Positions 38,620-42,884 of a stretch of DNA of 42,884 bases are shown here, in pieces. The position numbers and the translations under genes were made by a program. Every line of letters begins with the position of its first letter. The first letter of the stretch is position 1. This DNA comes from Rhodospirillales bacterium (GTDB lineage Bacteria > Pseudomonadota > Alphaproteobacteria > JAEULC01). The notes under the pieces are model-generated. The model was not told the DNA's origin and searched no databases. It saw only the letters and a program-made list of their open reading frames with translations. Location: positions 1 through 42,884 of the forward strand of contig JAEULC010000160.1 of the NCBI GenBank assembly GCA_016792605.1. The letters are read 5' to 3'.

Positions 38620-40301
38620 CCGACACGCTCCGCGGCGCGGCCATGCCGGCCGCGCGTCCCAGCCGGATCGATTCCGACCGCGTCGCGGGCCTGGTCCTGG
38701 CCGCCGCCGTCGCGCTGCCGCTGCTGCTGTTCGTGCTATTGCCGGTGGCGAGCATCCTGAAGCTCAGCTTCGTCACGCCGACCGGTCTGGGCTTCGGCAA
38801 CTATATCCGCTACTTCAGCGGACCGAAATTCGCGACCGTCTTGTCCAACAGCCTGGTCGTGACCGCGGTGGCGACCGCGATCACCATCATCTTGGCTTAC
38901 GGCTTCGCCTACGCCATGCAGCGCACCGCCATGCGCGGCAAGCGCCTGTTCGGTCTCATTGCGCTGCTGCCCCTCTTCGCTCCTTCCCTGGTCCAGGCGC
39001 TGGGCATCCTGTTCCTGCTGGGCCGCAACGGGGTGATCAACCGGAACTTCGGCCTGGGCATCGACATCTACGGCTTCTGGGGCATCGTCATCGCCGACGT
39101 GCTCTACAGCTTTCCACATGCCTATCTGATCCTCGCGGCCGCGCTCGCGGTGGCGGACGCGAGGCTCTACGAGTCCGCCGAGATGCTGGGCGCCGGCGCC
39201 TGGCGCCAATTTCGCACCGTGACCATGCCGGCGACCAAGTACGGCGTGATCTCCGCCTCCTTTGTCGTCTTCACCATCGTCATCACCGATTTCGGCAACC
39301 CGATGGTGATCGGCGCCGATTTCAACGTGCTGGCGACCGAGATCTACAACCAGGTCTCCGGCCAGGCGAATTTCGGCATGGGCGCGGTCGTCGGCGTCGT
39401 GCTGCTGGTTCCGGCCGCGCTCGCCGTGATCGTGGAGAAATGGGTATCGCGCCACAGCTATGCCGTGATCAGCGAGCGATCCGCGCCGCTAGTGCCGCGC
39501 CCGAACCCGCTGGTCGACCGCCTGGCGATGCTCTACGCGGCGCTGGTCTCCCTCGCCATCGCCACGATCGTCGGCGTCGTCGTGGTGGCAAGCTTCGTGA
39601 CGCTGTGGCCCTACAACATGCATCTGAGCCTGCGGCACTACCGGTTCGAGGTGCAGAACGGCATCGAGCCGCTATGGACCAGCATCCTGGTCTCGCTCGC
39701 CGCCGCCCTGATCGGCATGGTCGTGACCGTGATCGGTGCCTGCGTCGTCCGGCAGCTCAGCCCGCGGATCGGCCGGCCGCTCTACTTCCTCTCGGTCCTG
39801 CCGGCCGCGATCCCGGGCATGGTGCTGGGGCTGGGCTACATCTTCGCCTTCAACAATCCGGCGAACCCGCTGCACGTGATCTATGGCTCGCTGCTGATCC
39901 TGGCGATCTGCAACGTCTACCACTACCACGCCCAGGGTTTCCTGATCGCGACCACCAGCGTGAAGCAGATCGCCCGCACCTTCGACGAGGCTTCGACCGT
40001 GTTGGGCGCCGGGCTGCTGCACACCCTGTTCAAGGTGACGCTGCCGATCATCTGGCCGTCGATCGTCAGCATCGGCGTGTTCTTCTTCGTGCGCAGCATG
40101 GTCACGCTTTCGGCCGTGATCTTCCTGATCACCCCGTCCACGCAGCTCGCCGCTGTGTCGGTCCTCATGCTCGACGAGTCGGGCAATCAGAACCAGGCCG
40201 CCGCCTTCTCGGCCTGCATCATGGCCGTCGTCTGCCTCTCCCTTGGCGCGGTGCAGCTCTTGTTGCGCTATACCGGCGGCAAGGGCAGCGTGCTGCGCTA
40301 G
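38616..40301 (+). CDS. ABC transporter permease, fused two-module (2 x 6 TM) type
   Basis: 561 aa with two repeated permease halves, each with an EAA-like loop ([20 protein letters not shown]; [20 protein letters not shown]). The start is uncertain (TTG at 38616 overlapping the ATPase stop, or ATG at 38643). Confidence 0.85.
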   Translation: MTDTLRGAAMPAARPSRIDSDRVAGLVLAAAVALPLLLFVLLPVASILKLSFVTPTGLGFGNYIRYFSGPKFATVLSNSLVVTAVATAITIILAYGFAYAMQRTAMRGKRLFGLIALLPLFAPSLVQALGILFLLGRNGVINRNFGLGIDIYGFWGIVIADVLYSFPHAYLILAAALAVADARLYESAEMLGAGAWRQFRTVTMPATKYGVISASFVVFTIVITDFGNPMVIGADFNVLATEIYNQVSGQANFGMGAVVGVVLLVPAALAVIVEKWVSRHSYAVISERSAPLVPRPNPLVDRLAMLYAALVSLAIATIVGVVVVASFVTLWPYNMHLSLRHYRFEVQNGIEPLWTSILVSLAAALIGMVVTVIGACVVRQLSPRIGRPLYFLSVLPAAIPGMVLGLGYIFAFNNPANPLHVIYGSLLILAICNVYHYHAQGFLIATTSVKQIARTFDEASTVLGAGLLHTLFKVTLPIIWPSIVSIGVFFFVRSMVTLSAVIFLITPSTQLAAVSVLMLDESGNQNQAAAFSACIMAVVCLSLGAVQLLLRYTGGKGSVLR

Positions 40302-40330
40302 ATCATGTCGACCGACCTTCCGGAGACTTT

Positions 40331-41116
40331 ATGAAGACGATCGCCAAGTGCCCTGCAAGCTACATCACCTTTGCCGACGAGCTTGCCGACGCGGCCGGCG
40401 CGATCGTGCGTCGGTACTTCCGCACCAAGATCAAGGTGCTGGGCAAGAGCGACGCGTCGCCCGTGACCATCGCCGACCGCAAGGCCGAGGCCGCGATGCG
40501 CACGCTGATCGCCAAGCGCTATCCGACGCACGGCATCGTCGGCGAGGAGTACGGCATCGACCGCCACGACGCGGAGTTCGTCTGGGTGCTCGACCCGATC
40601 GACGGCACCAAGTCGTTCATCTGCGGCGTGCCAGTTTTTGGCACGCTGATCGCGTTGCTGCATCGCGACGTTCCGGTGCTGGGCATCATCGACCAGCCGG
40701 TCATCCATGAGCGCTGGATCGGCGCGGTGGGCCGCCCCACCCGGTTCTGCGGCCGCAAGGCAGTCACGCGGCGCGGACAGGCGATCGCCGACGCGATCAT
40801 GTTCTCGACCTCGCCGCAGATGTTCCGCGGCCCGCTGGCCGAGCCCTATGGGCGGCTGCGCGACGCCGTGAAGCTGCCGCGCTACGGCACGGACTGCTAC
40901 GCCTACGGCCAGCTTGCCTGTGGCCATATCGATATCGTGGTAGAGGCCGGGCTGAAGCCGCACGACTTCCTGGCCCAGGTACCGATCATCGAGGGCGCCG
41001 GCGGCGTGCTGACGGACTGGGAGGGCAAACCGTTGCGGTTGGACTCCGGGCCCAGGATCTGCGCCGCCGGCGATGCCAAGCTGCACCGGCAGGCGCTGCG
41101 GTTGCTGGCAGGCTAA
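40331..41116 (+). CDS. Inositol-monophosphatase-family phosphatase (HisN/SuhB-like)
   Basis: ATG at 40331 (SD GGAG). Motifs are KSDASPVTIADRKAE, GEEYG, WVLDPIDGT and WEG. 261 aa. Confidence 0.8.
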   Translation: MKTIAKCPASYITFADELADAAGAIVRRYFRTKIKVLGKSDASPVTIADRKAEAAMRTLIAKRYPTHGIVGEEYGIDRHDAEFVWVLDPIDGTKSFICGVPVFGTLIALLHRDVPVLGIIDQPVIHERWIGAVGRPTRFCGRKAVTRRGQAIADAIMFSTSPQMFRGPLAEPYGRLRDAVKLPRYGTDCYAYGQLACGHIDIVVEAGLKPHDFLAQVPIIEGAGGVLTDWEGKPLRLDSGPRICAAGDAKLHRQALRLLAG

Positions 41117-42228
41117 GGCACCGCGCAGGAGCGCAGCGCGTCGCGATCGAGTTCCACCCCGAGACCGGGCGTTGCCGGCGGGACCACGCCGCCATCGCGA
41201 ACGGTCCAGGTCGGACCGAGCACCAGGTCGTCGCCGAGCAGGTCGATCAGCCCCTGCGAGGCCCGCGTGAACTCCGGGCGCGCGATGCCGAGATGGCAAT
41301 GAACCGCCCAGGCGATGCCCAGCTCCCAGGTCGACCGCAGCCAGAAGCCGCGCCCGGCCGCCGCCACGGCGCGCATCAGGTCGAGCGTCCCCTGGATTCC
41401 GCCATGCAGCGGCGGATCGCTCGCCACCGCGTCGATCTCCGGATAGGGCCGTACCGCGTCGACCAGCGTGCAATGGGTCGAGACGGGCACACCATGCGCG
41501 CGCCGCAGCGCCGCGAGATCGGCGAGGCCCGGAACCGGCTCCTCGAAATTGTCAAGTCGTTCCAGCGCTGTAGCCTGGAATATTCTGTTCGCCTGCTCCA
41601 GCGTGTAAGCCATGTTGGCGTCGACCGCGATCTTCACCGATGGGCCCAGCGCCTCGCGCGTTGCCAGGATAGTCGCGATGTCCGTGTCCATGTCGTGGCG
41701 CGCGATCTTGAACTCGAACCATTCGGCATTTTGCTCAGCAACGATCTCGCGGGCGCGGCGCGCGAAGGCGGCCGGAATCTCCTTCGACGACAGACCGTTC
41801 ACGGGATCGATCGGGTAGCCATAGCCGGCGAATAGCGCTTTGGGTCGCACCTTGCCGCCCAAAAGTTCGTAGAGCGGCTTGCCCGCTTGCTTGCCGGCGA
41901 TGTCCCAAAGCGCCACCTCGATGCCGCCCAGCGCGACCCGGCGCACGTTGTCCTCGGGAAAACCAAAGTCGTCGACCGGGTCGACGCAGCGCGCCACCGC
42001 CCCTGCCCGATCCAAAGGATCGGTCCCCAGTAGCGCATCGCGCAACTCGCCGTTGATCAGTCCCGCGGAGTACCGTCCGCGCGTTTCGCCCAGCCCGACC
42101 AGGCCGGAGTCGGTCATCACCTCGACGATCGTGCGCTTCACGTGGGTGCGCTGGAACCACAGCTTGATCCAGGGCGGATGCCGCACCGGCACCGCCACTG
42201 ACGTGGCGCGGATGTCGGCGATCTTCAT
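41113..42228 (-). CDS. Enolase-superfamily enzyme (mandelate racemase / muconate lactonising enzyme family)
   Basis: 371 aa. The N-terminal capping domain reads VEVMTDSGLVGLGET and ALWDIAGKQAGKPLYELLGG. Barrel metal-ligand regions are KIAVDAN and FEEPV. Confidence 0.8.
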   Translation of the reverse strand: MKIADIRATSVAVPVRHPPWIKLWFQRTHVKRTIVEVMTDSGLVGLGETRGRYSAGLINGELRDALLGTDPLDRAGAVARCVDPVDDFGFPEDNVRRVALGGIEVALWDIAGKQAGKPLYELLGGKVRPKALFAGYGYPIDPVNGLSSKEIPAAFARRAREIVAEQNAEWFEFKIARHDMDTDIATILATREALGPSVKIAVDANMAYTLEQANRIFQATALERLDNFEEPVPGLADLAALRRAHGVPVSTHCTLVDAVRPYPEIDAVASDPPLHGGIQGTLDLMRAVAAAGRGFWLRSTWELGIAWAVHCHLGIARPEFTRASQGLIDLLGDDLVLGPTWTVRDGGVVPPATPGLGVELDRDALRSCAVP

Positions 42229-42884
42229 CGGCGGTCGCGCGCAGCCTCCTTCAGGCCTTCCTTGGTGAGCTTGATGCCGGTCATCGTACGGTCGGACTTG
42301 GTGAGGGTCCAGCTAGCGAGCTTTTGTGCCATGCGTAAAGCGTGCGGCAACTGGTCGGGATCGGCGATCGCGTTGCGACATTCCTGCGGATCGCTCTTCA
42401 GATCGAACAGCAGCGCCGGCAATGCGGCGAAATGGACGTATTTATGCGTCTTGTCGCGCACGATCGCCATCGAGCACTGGTCGAGCTTGAGGCCCAGCTC
42501 CTTCTCCGGCGCGCCGCCCGGCACGTCACGGAAGTCGAGCTCGAAGAACACTTCCTCGCGCCAGTCCTTGGGCGACCTGCCCGCGAGCCAGGGCCCCAGC
42601 GACCGGCCATCACATTGCAGCGGCGCCGTTCCACCCGCGAGATCGATCATCGTTGGCATGAGATCGATGCTCTCGCTGAACGCGTCCACGACGCGCCCGC
42701 GCGCACCGTCAGCTTCGGGCGCGCGCACGATCAACGGGATATGGAAGCTCTGGTCGAAGAAATACTCCTTCCCGAGGAGCCAGTGATCCCACAACATTTC
42801 GCCGTGGTCGGTGGTGAAGACGATCAGCGTGTTGTCGTACTGCCCGCGCTGGCGCAACAGGTCGAACAGCCGCCCCAGGTGATG
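42225..42884 (-). CDS. Sulfatase / phosphonate-monoester-hydrolase-like alkaline-phosphatase-superfamily enzyme, C-terminal part (5' end outside the window)
   Basis: The frame is open to the window edge (HHLGRLFDLLRQRGQYDNTLIVFTTDHGEMLWDH…). The TTDHGE motif is present. The stop overlaps the enolase-family start by 4 nt. Confidence 0.8.
   Translation of the reverse strand, partial: HHLGRLFDLLRQRGQYDNTLIVFTTDHGEMLWDHWLLGKEYFFDQSFHIPLIVRAPEADGARGRVVDAFSESIDLMPTMIDLAGGTAPLQCDGRSLGPWLAGRSPKDWREEVFFELDFRDVPGGAPEKELGLKLDQCSMAIVRDKTHKYVHFAALPALLFDLKSDPQECRNAIADPDQLPHALRMAQKLASWTLTKSDRTMTGIKLTKEGLKEAARDRR

Noticed and set aside
38585-41116. 843-aa ORF on the plus strand
   Set aside because: Only the last 262 codons (from the ATG at 40331 with a GGAG SD) encode a recognisable IMPase-family protein. 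The rest is an alternative frame over the well-supported permease gene.
42840-42884. Apparent 1-nt discrepancy at the last printed line (45 characters after label 42841 would give 42885 nt; an extra c breaks the reading frame …CAG TAC GAC…)
   Set aside because: The ORF track (42225-42857, length divisible by 3, translation …RQRGQYDN…) and the stated length of 42884 agree with each other. I treat the extra leading c as a display artefact, not a biological frameshift, and used ORF-track coordinates there.

Overview
High-GC (by eye about 65-70%) chromosomal segment, most likely from an alphaproteobacterium (acdR-acdS module, dnaE2, FixK-type boxes, HisN-like IMPase). The six-frame track is full of long shadow ORFs typical of GC-rich DNA. 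I kept only frames with recognisable family motifs and sensible starts. Layout: (1) 1-15.3 kb is mostly core genes (dnaE2 3' part, guaA, rsmB-like, guaB, rlmE, ppx/gppA, tRNA-Gln-CUG). It also holds an ankyrin-repeat protein, a TPR+GT41 glycosyltransferase, DUF488, a peptide-deformylase-like gene with substituted metal ligands, and acdS/acdR. (2) 15.3-26.4 kb is a visibly less GC-rich stress / low-oxygen-type cluster: MlaC-like, UPF0016, orphan divergent GroEL, Zn-ADH, host-attachment-family protein, CBS-BON, APC permease, Lon-like protease with no P-loop, USP-like partner, DUF3775, ChaB. Its intergenic regions carry four TTGA-N6-TCA(A) FixK/FNR-type boxes. (3) 26.4-32.3 kb is a gallate / 4-oxalomesaconate meta-cleavage operon (galA-galC-galB-galD type) with an extra NAD(P) oxidoreductase and a LysR regulator. 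(4) 32.3-33.6 kb is a recombination scar: a 5'-truncated, twice-frameshifted FAD-oxidoreductase pseudogene abuts a 50-nt 3' fragment of tRNA-Gln(UUG), followed by about 465 bp of AT-richer non-coding DNA. (5) 33.6-41.1 kb is a DeoR-controlled locus I cannot assign to a described pathway: a TIM-barrel-like protein, a glycerol-1-phosphate-dehydrogenase-like Fe-ADH-superfamily enzyme, DeoR, a PhnS/AfuA-type ABC importer and an IMPase-family phosphatase. A shared roughly 30-bp operator-like motif sits in front of both transcription units. (6) 41.1 kb to the end is an enolase-superfamily enzyme plus a sulfatase / phosphonate-monoester-hydrolase-like gene (partial). I found no CRISPR array, rRNA, transposase, integrase or recognisable phage-defence gene. 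All family assignments come from reading motifs in the translations, not from database searches.
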